NCBI GenBank assembly: GCA_024137785.1
Contig: JAHRHZ010000079.1
Span: 8,597,535 to 8,661,534 of the forward strand
Source: Ginglymostoma cirratum
Taxonomy: Eukaryota
Direction: 5' to 3'
DNA: 64,000 nucleotides
Part shown: positions 12,889 through 23,812 of the stretch, piece after piece
How the letters are laid out: each line of letters starts with the position of its first letter
Numbering within the stretch: the first letter of the stretch is position 1
Position numbers and translations under genes: made by a program
The notes under the pieces: model-generated
Told to the model about the DNA's origin: nothing
Database searches by the model: none
The model's input: only the letters and a program-made list of their open reading frames with translations

Positions 12889-13648
12889 TGACAAGGAGGT
12901 TTATTGATGTGTCGTGCAGTGATTCGGTGAATGGATATTCATTTTCTATATACAGATGCTCTCTAATCTCTTCCTTTTGTCAGCAAAGTAGCTGCCTCAA
13001 TGACCTTCTGCTGCCAGAGCTAAAGAGGAAGTTCATCCTCCTGGTGATTATCTCCAGTGCAGGATCACTAAAATTTGGTGCCCCATCACTGGTTACTTAA
13101 GCTGTATAATCAGAACAGATTCCCTGACGTGTGAAGCCAGAATGCATTTCTCCTTTTAACAGCCTCTGGCTGCCTTTAAGTACTGTCAGAGAAGCCCCGA
13201 GTTCCAATTTAGTTCCAGTGACATCCTTCCTTCATTTTAAGAAATGATGGGAGTTCTGTGTCACTTATGTACAGGAGACCCAATGTAACTTACATGTATG
13301 CACACACATAACTGGCCACCTGTATGATTGAGGACCCCAGAGGGTGGACATGCCATGCCCGAGAGCTGCTGAATGGTCAGAGGTTGGCAGCTTGCCATTG
13401 GAAGCAGTATCACTGGAAACAGTGGCTGCTCTAGATAAAGATTCAAAGCCTTCAGCGGAGCTCTTCTCTGGATCTCTGGACCAAGGTGAGTACAGTGGGT
13501 TCAGTTTCAGGGAATTGTTACCAAAAAGAGAGAGAGGATGGATCAAATGCAAGGGCAACTTTCTGGAAGACCCACAGAGATGGACGTGAGTCCTGTTAAA
13601 TTCCCGATTCGCTACTAAAGTTGTGCTGGCTCATAACCCTATCGCACA

Positions 13649-13677
13649 GAGATAAAAGGTACTGCAGATGCTGGAGA
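13649..13677 (-). mobile_element. 29-bp ultra-truncated Penelope 3' end insertion with 8-bp TSD
   Basis: gagataaaaggtactgcagatgctggaga is identical to 28994-29022 and is flanked by atcgcaca at 13641-13648 and 13678-13685. Confidence 0.85.
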
Positions 13678-13704
13678 ATCGCACAATTGGCTTTTAAGTT
13701 TTTG

Positions 13705-14028
13705 TTCATTCACAAAATGAGGCATCTCTGGCTAGGCCAACATTTATTGCTCACTCCTGATTGCCCAGAGGCCATTAAGCGTTATTTCTGTGGGTCTGGG
13801 GTCACATGTAGGCCAGACCAGGTAAGGACGGAATTTCCTTCCGCCAAGGACATTAGAGAACAATGTGTTTTTCTAACAATCAACAGTAGATTCGTGGTCA
13901 TCATTAGACTCTTACTTCCAGATTTTTATCAAGTTCAAATTCCACCATCTATCATGGCAGGATTCGATGCTGGGTTCCTAGAACATTAATAGGTCTAGCA
14001 ATAATACTACTAGATCTTTGCCTCCCCT
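13705..14028 (-). mobile_element. tRNA-derived SINE with MER131-like tail
   Basis: Aligns with 56197-56539 and 47965-48320; tail gggcaat...gcaataaatg.tggcctagccag. Confidence 0.8.
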
Positions 14029-15169
14029 AAGTGATTCCTTGATGAGCTTAAAAGGCAAAATACAGCAGATGCTCAGTCTGAAACAAACACAGGGAATGTG
14101 GGAAAAACTCATCAGGTCTGGCTCCAGCAGGCTCCACTAAACTCAGGGCACTATATCTAGCTCTGCCACATCCCTAAAGACCAGCAGTCAGTGAGTAGCA
14201 TGCTAAACAATATTTACTTACCATGTCCTCTCACTGAAAAACAGGCATTTGGATGTAAAATCAGACAATATTCAGCCTGTCCTATTGATAATTAAAATTG
14301 AAATATTATAATGATCATGATCACTAATAATTGTGTTCGTACTCAATATAAATTTTGGGATAGGAAATGGAGAAGGACTCCCACATGTTTTAAATCAAAG
14401 CTTAAAAGATATAGCAGTAGATAATTTCAAACACTGCTGTTTAAGTGCAGAATGCTCACATGGATTTGTGAAGGCTGATTAAACATACATGTGGAAGAAT
14501 TTCCTTTAATCTTATTTGTATGGATGTCTGTTAGTCTAGAACACAGAGGTCACTGTGACAAATCTGAAGCACTTTTATCTTGTTCTGGTCTGGTAACTGT
14601 CACTTTAAATCTGGCACCAATACTTGACATTTGAACCAGTCATGTGCAGCCTCTGATCTGACGGTTTCATTATATTTCAGATTGTTTCCCTAGTAACCCC
14701 AATGAGAAGAAATGTATCACAGTATTTTCAATATTTACGGAGTTTTTAATTAGTTCAGTTATGACAGTCTATTTTTTTAAACAATGAGACTGCCAGTCAT
14801 GCATTTCTAACAACTCTTAGAAACAGGCTGGGAACTGGATAGAAGAAAATACACTACACTACTGAGCGCATTTGAATCAAAGTGACTGGGAATTTTGGAA
14901 AGACTCAGTTGGAATTGAGTTCAATATTTTACATGAGGCCAGAAGGAGGGGAACTATGTGCATATAATTCGGCAGTTGAGACATGGATTAGCTTTTCGAT
15001 TCATGATTCTTTGCCATATCCACCATCAAGGAGGCATATGTTAGGACTTGGCATATAATTCTATATGGTTATGAAAAGCACCAAGGGTGTACCTACACCA
15101 CATGAATTGCAGCAGTTCAAGAAGGCAGCCCATCACCACTGGCTCAAGTGCAATTATGCATGTGATGTT

Positions 15170-16905
15170 CCCCTACTGGACAATGACAGACTGTGTCTCC
15201 TGTGGGAACGGAGTTGCAATTAACCCTCCCCAGATCTTGCCTAATACTGATATAGTTTGCCCTCTCCCAATTTAGTACCTTCCAGCAAAATTCTGACTTA
15301 TCCTTGTTCATAGTTATCTTAAAACTTAAGGCGTTGTGATCACTGTTTCTAAAATGATCTCCCACTGAAAGGTCAGTCACCTGGCCAGGCTTATTAGCCA
15401 ATGCAAGGTCCAGTAAGGCCCCTCTTCTCATTGCACTTTCCACATACAGTTTCAAGAAACCCCCTTTGATGCACTGAGCAAGTTATGCCCAGTCTAAACC
15501 TCCTGCTCTAAGGGAGTCCCAGTCAATAGTGGGGATGTTGAAGTCACCCACTATGACAAACCTGTTGTTATTGCATCTTTCCATAACTTGCGTACATATT
15601 TGTTTCTCAATGTCTCCGTGGCTGTTGGGGGGCATATATTATAATCCTATCAGAGTGATTGCACCCATCTTATTTTTGAGCTGTACCCATTTGCCTCAGT
15701 GGTTGAGCTGTCCAGTATATCTTCTCTGAGTGCAGATGTGAAGTTCTCCCTCTGCTCTATCTTGTCTAAAGCAATGAAACCCTGGAAAGTTGAGCAGACA
15801 GTCCTGCCCCCTTCTTTGTAATGGCAACAACATCATAGTCCCATGTACTGAACCAGGCTCTAGACTCATCTGCCTTACTTATAATACTCCTTGTGTTTAA
15901 TAAACACACTTCAGCCCATCAGTACTATCATGTACATTTACCTGTCTCTGCCTGTCCTTCCTTTCTGACTTACTGGTCCTAACATCTACCTTCCCCTTAA
16001 ACTTTCCACTTGCTGACCTGCTGCTCTGGTTCCCAGCCCCCTGCCACTCTAGTTTAAATCTTCCCAAGTAGCTCCAGTGAAACCTCCAAGGATCTTAGTT
16101 CCCCCCCACCCCAGTTTAGATGCAACCTCTTGTACAGGTCATCCCTACTCCAGAAGAGGTCCCAATGATCCAAGAACCTGAAACTTTGCACCACCTACTT
16201 AGCAACACATTCATCTGTCCTATCTTTCTATTCCTTGGCACTGGTAGTAACCCCAAGATTACTACCCTCAGGGTCCTACTTTTCAGCCTCTTCCCTAACT
16301 CCCCTGTACTCACTCCACAGGACCTCATCCCTCTTTCTAACTATATCGTTGGTGCCAATGTGTACAATGACCATTGGTTACTCAACCCCCTCCTGAAGAA
16401 TTTTGTGCAACCACTCAGAGACATCCTTGATCCTGGCACTAGGGAGGCAACAAACCATCCTAGACTCTCGAACATGGCCACAGAAAAGTTTGTCTGTGCC
16501 TGTAACTAGTGAGTCTCCTATGCCTATTGCTAGCCTGGACTTTGCCCCACCCTGCTCTGCAGCAGAGCCAGTTGTGGTGCCACAGGCCTGGCTGCTGCTG
16601 TTATACTTCCCTGAGAGGCTATCCCCCCAGCAGCTTACAAAACGGTGTACCTGTTAGAAAGGGGAATAGCCACAGGAGATTCGGTACTACCTGCCTGCCT
16701 CTCCTGGCAGTCACCCATCTACGTGACTGAACCTGTGGTATGACCACATCCCTGTAACTAATGTCTATCACACTCTCTGCCCGTTGTATGCTCCTTAGTG
16801 TGTCTAACTGCTGCTCTGACTGAACGATATGGTCTGTGAGGAGCTGCAACCGGTTATATTTCCTGCAGACATAGTCCTCTGAGACATTGTACTGCTCCCT
16901 GTATT
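15170..16905 (-). mobile_element. CR1 LINE 5' portion: ORF1 (Zn-finger/coiled coil and SGNH esterase-like) plus ORF2 endonuclease; RT absent
   Basis: ORF1: EDYVCRK..QLLTDHIVQSEQQLDTLRSI, WVTARRGRQVV, LKSRTLRVVILGLLPVPR..IGQMN. APE endonuclease end: ALLDLALANKPGQVTDLSVGDHFRNSDHN. Confidence 0.9.
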
Positions 16906-16909
16906 ACGA

Positions 16910-17260
16910 GTGCATTATTGGGAGATCCCACGTGGTCACTCATCGCGTTCTGGATGAAGCCCGTTGGACAGAAGTTCAGCATCGCAATACCTTCACAACC
17001 AATGAAAGAGGATTGCTTCCAACTTCTGCAGCCCTCAGGTCTTGCTGCAGCATCTGGCCTGGGATATAACAGAGACTGTGTTAATATTGTGCCTCGCTCA
17101 TCCTCACGATATATAGTCAGGAACAAAAATCGCTGGTCCTCCTGCAAAAACAAAAGAAGGGTCCTATGGCTGCACCCTCTCCTTGACCTGGGCTCTCCTT
17201 GGCCTCCGTGGCAGTCTGCTGCTGTACCTGGGTTTGCTGTCAGCTCTGGTCCTCCTGCGT
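16910..17260 (-). mobile_element. PIF/Harbinger transposase N-terminal remnant
   Basis: Minus-strand frames give LQQDLRAAEVGSNPLSLVVKV..AMLNFCPTGFIQNAMSDHVG, matching HARBI1-type LPVxVKVxAALNFYATGSFQ...GD..GIS. Confidence 0.65.
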
Positions 17261-17487
17261 CCACCGTTGCCATTTGAGGGAGGGAGCCGCAGCAACAAAC
17301 ATCCTGCTTTCTCAATTCTGAGATTCATCATTTTTTCAAGCTCATTCATTATTCTTTGCAGCTTAACCTTTTGGAACCTAATATCAATGGCTATAATGCT
17401 CAATGTGAGAGTAGAAAACTGTCTTTTACACACACTTGTGTTTCCTTTCAGGTCTTTGTATCATTTTTCATAACATTATTCATTTAG

Positions 17488-17572
17488 AATTATAGAATCC
17501 CAACAGTGTGGAAGCCCATCTTGATCCCATTTGGCCCACCAAGTTTACATTTACCCCCTGAAAAGCATCCCT
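17488..17572 (-). mobile_element. 3' tail fragment of an HE1 SINE or CR1
   Basis: tagaatcccaacagtgtggaag...ggcccaccaagt matches the SINE tails at 7705 and 52215. Confidence 0.55.
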
Positions 17573-18529
17573 CAAAATCTGTTACTTCGCTGTCTGAAGT
17601 TTTTAGTTGCTCCTGACAGAGCCTCCTTTGCTGAGACCTCTGTATTTTCTAAATGTGACTGGTTTTTCTCTATTTTCTGAGCTTACACGCTTGGCCCTGT
17701 GCTTCTTACCAGCTGCTGAATGATGTTTTACCTTCAGAATGCTGATCTCACCTGTCTTGCTGCCCCAACAGCTGCTGATGTCTCTCTTTGCCTGTAATCA
17801 TGTTTCAGCTACTGACTTCAGTCCTTTCTTTAGACAGTAATCTTCTTAAAGGGACTATATGGACTTATTGATTTTTATTTGTTTTCTCTGCATCTTCTGA
17901 ATGTCTTTTTCCTTGTGATGAGTTTAGATCTGTAAACATGTGGCATTTTCTCAGACGACCACTCCAGGTACCTGTGCCATTCGCTACTTATGGCAATATG
18001 TGGTGCTACTTGGTTAGGGTTTGTTTAAGGAAGTTCACTGCCACTAATCCTCCCTTGTCTTTGCTTTATCTTGGGTCTACCTAGTGTCTAGTGATAAAGC
18101 ATAGAGTACCGATAGAAGGGGCTTTTTTTTTTAGATTAAAAGATCTATTGCATAACATTACAACTATATGTTGTCAGGAATAATTGCTAGGACCTTGGGG
18201 AATTGGTACAGGCACATCTCTACCTCCAGGTGATGGGGTAGAAAAACATTTGTGTGACTCACCAATTGTGTATGACATTAGTGAAATAGGTGGTGCCAAT
18301 GAATCACAAATATTAACCTCTTCAGAGCCATCATCTGATAGAACAATTCATTTTATCATTGTATATTTAATAATACTTTGCAATAGTTCACTTGGTAACC
18401 CAGAACTTCGGTACTGAATAAAGAGATATATCATTGAATTTTTTTTTGTCTTGGACTAATCAGGACAGAATTCCAAGAACACCAAATCTCAATAGAAGCA
18501 AAAATTTATACTTCATGAAATTGAACACA

Positions 18530-19260
18530 ACATAATGGGGAAAGGTTTCAGAAATCTGAAGCACAAAGGGACTTAGAAATCCTAGTTCAGGATTCTCTCA
18601 ATGTTAACATGTAGGTTCAGTTGGCAATTAGGATGTCAAATGTAATGTTAGCATTCATTTCGAGGGGGTTGGAATACAACAGCAGAGATGTACTGCTGAG
18701 GCTGTAAAAGCCTTTAGTCAGATTACATTTAGAATATTGCGTGCAGTTTTGAGTCATGTATTTCAGGGAGGATGGACTGCCGTGGAGGAAGTCCAGAGGA
18801 GCTTTACAAGAATGGTGTTGGGGTTGAAGAGCTTGTCTTATGAGGAGCAGTTGAGGACTCTGGGTCTATACCTGATGGAGTGTAGAAGGGTGAAGAAGGG
18901 TCTCACGAACTTACAGAATACTGAGAGGCCTGAATAGAGTAGGAAAAGATGTTTCCACTTGTAGGAGAAACTAGGACATGAGAGCACAGCCTCAGAATGA
19001 AGGAATTAACAACTGAGATGACGAAAAATTACTTCAACCAGAGAATGGTGAATCTGTGGAACGCATTGCCACAGAATGCTGTGGACTCAAAGTCATTGAG
19101 CGCATTTAAGACAGAGAGAGAGAGGGGTTCTGGATTAGACAGGGGATCAAAGGGGAGAAGGCAAGGGAATGGGGTTCATAAACATGTCAGCCATGATTGA
19201 ATGGCTGGCAGAGCAGACTTAATGGGCTGAATGGCCTATTTATGCCCCTAAATCACATGG
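18530..19260 (+). mobile_element. CR1 LINE 3' fragment
   Basis: EEVQRSFTRMVLGLKSLSYEEQLRTLGLY and YFNQRMVNLWNALPQ, followed by a 3' UTR ending gggctgaatggcct. Confidence 0.9.
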
Positions 19261-19264
19261 CCCT

Positions 19265-19650
19265 GTAAGAACATAAGCAATAGAAGCAGGTCTAGGCCAT
19301 TCAGCCCCACAATCCTGCCTTACTATTTAACAGCATCCTGGCTGTACTGCCCAGTCCTCAAACATTCTTTCATGTCTGCTTAATATAGCTATCAACTCCC
19401 TGATATTTCAAAATTCTGTCTACCTCCTCTTTAAATATTTACAGTGAACTAGTCCACACACCTCTTTGGGGTAGAAAATTCCAGACATCCACAGCCCTCT
19501 GGGGGAAGAAATTCCTTTGCATCTCAGTTTTAAATAAATATCCCCTTAATCTGTAAATATATCCCCCAGTTTGAGATTCCCCCACTAACGGAAACATCTT
19601 CTCAGCATCAAACCAGTCAAGTCTCCTCAGAATTTTGTATGTTTCAGTTA
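19265..19650 (-). mobile_element. CR1 LINE 3' fragment, tail-to-tail with the previous copy
   Basis: Reverse complement of a CR1 3' end (gaagcaggtctaggccattcagccc; aagaaattcctttgcatctcagttttaaat). Confidence 0.75.
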
Positions 19651-19758
19651 GTTAATTGGAAAGTGGATTCTGATCAGAAAAAAATATTGCCATGGAGAAT
19701 GCTTCACCTATCTGCTGACAGACAGGATTTTGTTTAAATTCAAACCAGTCAAACTAAT

Positions 19759-19887
19759 AAAAAATAAAAGAACTGCAGATGCTGTAAATCAGAAACAAAA
19801 ATAGAAATTGCTGGAAAAGCTCAGCAGGTCTGGCAGCATCTGTGGAGAGCAATCAGAGTTAATGGTTCAGATCGAGTGACCCTTTCT
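19759..19887 (-). mobile_element. Penelope-derived terminal repeat (family C) with 13-bp TSD, truncated at the hammerhead core
   Basis: TSD cagtcaaactaat (19746-19758) and cagtcaaaccaat (19888-19900). Minus strand begins ctgagaaagggtcactcgatctgaaccatt, a decayed hammerhead. Confidence 0.8.
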
Positions 19888-20257
19888 CAGTCAAACCAAT
19901 GCCTTTTTCTCCTAAACAAAGCTTGGGCAACAGCCATTTGCGATGCATCCCTAGGTAGATGCCACTATTGGACCTGTTATGGAACAGTTTGGGCTAGGAT
20001 ATTTTGAAAGCACAATTTAATTTTGAAGAAGCTGATGTGGATTGGAAAGAGAGGATGAAGGGAATAACGATGAAACATCGTGGGGTTTACTAACATTATA
20101 AGTCATAGATTTTTTTTCCTCAACTGTAATTGTATTTGAAGAAACACATACACCAGGGACTGCTGGGGAATTATTCCAAGAGTAGATTTGTAGCTTGGGT
20201 TGTGGACTCCAGAGTTTAAATACCAGGTGGAAAAACACAACGGCGCTTCATCGGAGG

Positions 20258-20301
20258 CTGTACTGATGATGTTACCCAGCAGGGTAATGAAACGTCTGCG
20301 G
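20258..20301 (+). ncRNA. Minimal type I hammerhead ribozyme with intact core (family A), within a ~200-bp probable Penelope terminal repeat (~20134-20332)
   Basis: ctgta-CTGATGA-t-gttaccc-agca-gggtaat-GAAA-c-GTC-tgcgg. Stem II is 7 bp, stem I is ctgta/tgcgg with wobbles, stem III is the palindromic AC/GT, and the predicted cut is after C20296. Confidence 0.8.
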
Positions 20302-21089
20302 AAAAACAACAAACTAGCTCGGCGAGCCAACTAACTACAATTATGTCAACAGTTGGAAAAGTGGTCGCAGCCCGCATCAACAAGGATCAGAGGATTATCA
20401 GTGGCTGTTGGATTCTGTTAGGCACTGATTAATTCCAGGAAACTTCAGGTGACTTCTGACATACCAGTCAAACCATTGCACTTCCCGACATCAAGAACGT
20501 CATGAAAACTCTTCAGAATTTTTGTTAAGTTTTCATTTAATGAGTATGCAACTATGATTCAGCATGTTAAAATCTACTTCTAGAGAGCTGTTTTGACTCT
20601 TTAGTATATCATCCACGAATTTTATTTCCATTGCCAAACCAAAATATATTGTGGTTGAATTAGAACATCACTAATCTCTGCTGACAATGTTAATGACTAC
20701 TCTGAGGTTCCTGAATACAGGAGAGGGTGACAGACACAATTAGGCTTTTAGGATAATTAACATTGTTAATAAGTTGCCTACAATAAATTGAAATATAGTT
20801 TCAGGATGGTGACAAATTTACTGGTTACCGCCCAGCAAGTGCCTCATGAATTATTGCGTCAAAACTTCTGAGTAGTTACGATAACTATTGGATTGTCATT
20901 CTGCTCCCTTTTTTTTTTCTTACCTAGTCCAGGAGTTCTGCATTTCTGGCCCAGATATTCTAACCAGGCCTTTTGTGAAATGCAGAGCTTATCTGATCCA
21001 GAAGCCTTCCACCACAGCAAAGGATCAGAGTAGGGGACTAGTGTTACCTCTTTTTACTGCTGTTCCTGATATAGTTCATGGTTTAAACA

Positions 21090-21520
21090 TCCCAAAGGCA
21101 TGTTGACAAGCTACGGAGAGGTGATAAGGATGTAAGGTATGCGGGTGATGGGAGGAGAGGCTGGACACACTAGGACTTTCTTTCCTGGAGTGCAGAAGAT
21201 TGAGGGGGGACCTTATAGAGGTTTATAAAATCAAGAGGGGCATAGGTAAGATGAATAGCCAAGACCTTTTCCCTAGGTTAGGTGAGTCCAAAACTAGAGG
21301 GCATAGATTTAAGGTGAGAGGGGAATGATTTAGAAAAGCATGTGGAATGAACAACTAAAGGAAGTAGTAAAGGCAGGTACAATTACAACAGTTAAAAGAC
21401 ATTTGGACAGGTACATGAACAGGAAAGGTTTAGAGGGATACAGGCCAAGCACAGGTAAATGGAACTTAGTTTAATTTGGGAAACCTGGGCAGCATGGAGG
21501 AATTGGACCCTATAACTCTC
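21090..21520 (+). mobile_element. CR1 LINE 3' fragment
   Basis: gagggggaccttatagaggtttataaaatc...aaaactagagggcatagatttaaggtgagagg...aaagacatttggacaggtacatga, the same 3' region as 25990-26380. Confidence 0.85.
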
Positions 21521-22118
21521 TGCTTGGGTGAATGTTAGAATGGCAGCTGGGTGAGGTTGTATGCTGCAAAGCAGTGAAGGACTGATATGGCAGACAAGTG
21601 TTCTGGATGTAGGTGTTGGGTATATGAGGGGAATAAGGTCAGCAGGTGGGTGAGGGGGTTGGGCGGAGCAGGAGGTAATCAGCTCAGGATGGGTGTTAGG
21701 TCACATACTGGAGGAAGGTCAGCTCAGGGAGATCAGGCCAGGTGTTATGGGTCTGGTGTTGGGTTGGGATGGGATTGTATCGGGGGAGAGTTGAAAGAGT
21801 GTGGAGGGGCATCTCTCAGAAGTCACAGAGTCTGTGGTGAGATGATGGGGGAGGTGGGCATGTGTCAGTTTACCAGTTAACCAGGAGTTAGAGCTTTTAA
21901 TCCCTCTAACCTTTCCTGGGGAGCTATTGCAGTGAGTACAAACCCTGGGAAGGTTCTGACTCTCACCCAGAGTTAGAGTCTATTCCATGTAATAGCCAAT
22001 CAGAAGCAACAGACACCCATAGTGCAGTTTTCAGGATACAATGCTTTGATGACAACCTTCACATTGTACGTTGCATGTTGTACAAAACTACGTTTCACAA
22101 AATATAAATAAAGACAGT

Positions 22119-22852
22119 TCACCTGCACATCTGCTAATGTGGTATACCGCATCCGCTGTACCCGTTGTGGCCTCGTCTACATCGGGGAAACCAAGCGGAG
22201 GCTTGGGGACCGCTTTGCAGAACACCTACTCTCAGTTCGCACTAAACAACTGCACCTCCCAGTCACGAACCATTTCAACTCCCCCTCCCATTCCTCAGAC
22301 AACATGTCCATCCTGGGCCTCCTGCAGTGCCACAACGATGCTACCCGAAGGTTGCAGGAACAGCAACTCATATTCTGCTTGGGAACCCTGCAGCCCAATG
22401 GTACCAATGTGGACTTCACAAGCTTCAAAATCTCCCCTCCCGCTACCGCATCCCAAAACCAGCCCAGCTCATCCCCCGCTCCTTAACCTGTCCTTCCTCC
22501 GACCTATCCCCTCCTCCCACCTCAAGCCCCACCCCCATCTTCTACCTACTAGCCTCATCCCACCCCCTTGACCTGTCCGTCCTCCCTGGACTGACCTATC
22601 TCCTCCCTACCTCCCCAGCTACACTCACCTTTACTGGCTCCATCCCCGCCTCTTTGGCGGGTCTGTCTCCTCTCCACCTATCTTCTCCTCTATCCATCTT
22701 CTATCTGCCTTCCCTTCTCTCCCTATTTATTTCAGAACCCCCTTCCCCTCCCCCATTTCTGAAGAAGGGTCTAGGCCTGAAACATCAGCCTTCCTGCTCC
22801 TCTGATGCTGCTTGGCCTGCTGTGTTCATCCAGCTCTACATCTTGTTATCTA
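22119..22852 (+). mobile_element. Penelope-like element 3' fragment: GIY-YIG endonuclease C-terminus, pyrimidine-rich UTR and terminal repeat with hammerhead
   Basis: ORF 22139-22486 reads VYRIRCTRCGLVYIGETKRRLGDRFAEHL...HLPVTNHFNSPSHS...RRLQEQQLIFCLGTLQPNGTN (GIY-YIG with the CxxC typical of PLEs). Possible TSD aaagacagt (22110) and aaagacggt (22853). Confidence 0.93.
22756..22790 (+). ncRNA. Minimal hammerhead ribozyme motif (family B) in the Penelope terminal repeat
   Basis: CTGAAGA-a-ggg-tctagg-cct-GAAA-c-ATC. The GTC to ATC and ccc to cct changes are consistent with CpG decay. Confidence 0.7.
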
Positions 22853-22861
22853 AAAGACGGT

Positions 22862-23812
22862 GAGGCATTTGTTTTGGAATGTACAACTGGGTGGGTTTCA
22901 CTTCTTCTTGTAGCATAATGTGATAATCCTGATCTATAGCAAATCTCTGAATAGCTTTGGAAATTCTTGTTGAGATCCTCTCCCATTTTCACTCTGGAGT
23001 ATTGTATCTCTCTAAGGGTCATAGCCGAATTTATGTAATTCCAATTAATAATGACAAATTCTGATTTTTCGGTGTGCAAAGTGACGCACCAAGGTCTTGT
23101 ATGTTGAATTGGCCAAGCACCTGAAGATCTGTGCCTCATAACTTGGAGCATCATGTTTGCAGGTCAGACTTCTACAATGTTTCATTCCCTTCAACATTGG
23201 CAAAGTGTCAGTCAGTATTGAGAGAACTCCTCCGTGCTGAGTTTAAATTCTTTTCCAAGCTCTTGTAGCTTTAAGATGATGATCCAGAATTTCTGTTGTC
23301 CTTTTCTTAACCTCATCTAGGAAAGTTGTCCTCATTTTCCTATTGTTCATCCTTAATTTCTTGAACTTATGCTTGTTGTATGTCTTCCACCTTTGTAGAA
23401 ATTGCCCTCTTCAGGGACTTTTCCTTTGTTTTTCTGGTGAGAAATGTGCTACTGACTTGTAAATTTCCTGAGCTTGATCCAATTGGCTTGATCTAGAGCA
23501 GTCAGCTCCCCATGCTGGATACTCATTATGCTTGTGATGATACTTTGACACGTCTTGAGCAACTTTACATGATTGATGACATGGATTCTTATTGTTCTGG
23601 CCTTTTAGCGGACATTGGGGAGGTATCGTTGCCATCTTGGAGATGACACATCTGACTGTTTCAGAAGAATTCCCTCTGTTTCCTTGAAGCACATACTGAT
23701 TTTGAGCACTGATTTCTGCCCGAGAAGCATGTTGAGTTGCCTGTTACTAGATAGACGAAAAGCTGACATTTGTTTTCTTCCCTCACACTGACTACCAATC
23801 AGTCTCTAAATT
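22862..23812 (-). mobile_element. Gypsy LTR retrotransposon remnant (gag C-terminal half to start of pol)
   Basis: Minus strand reads FRD*LVVSVREE (IRDRLVVGIRD motif), EYPAWGADCSR (CPAxGxxCxxC knuckle) and YHIMLQEEVKP..PVVH (pre-RT motif). Confidence 0.7.
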
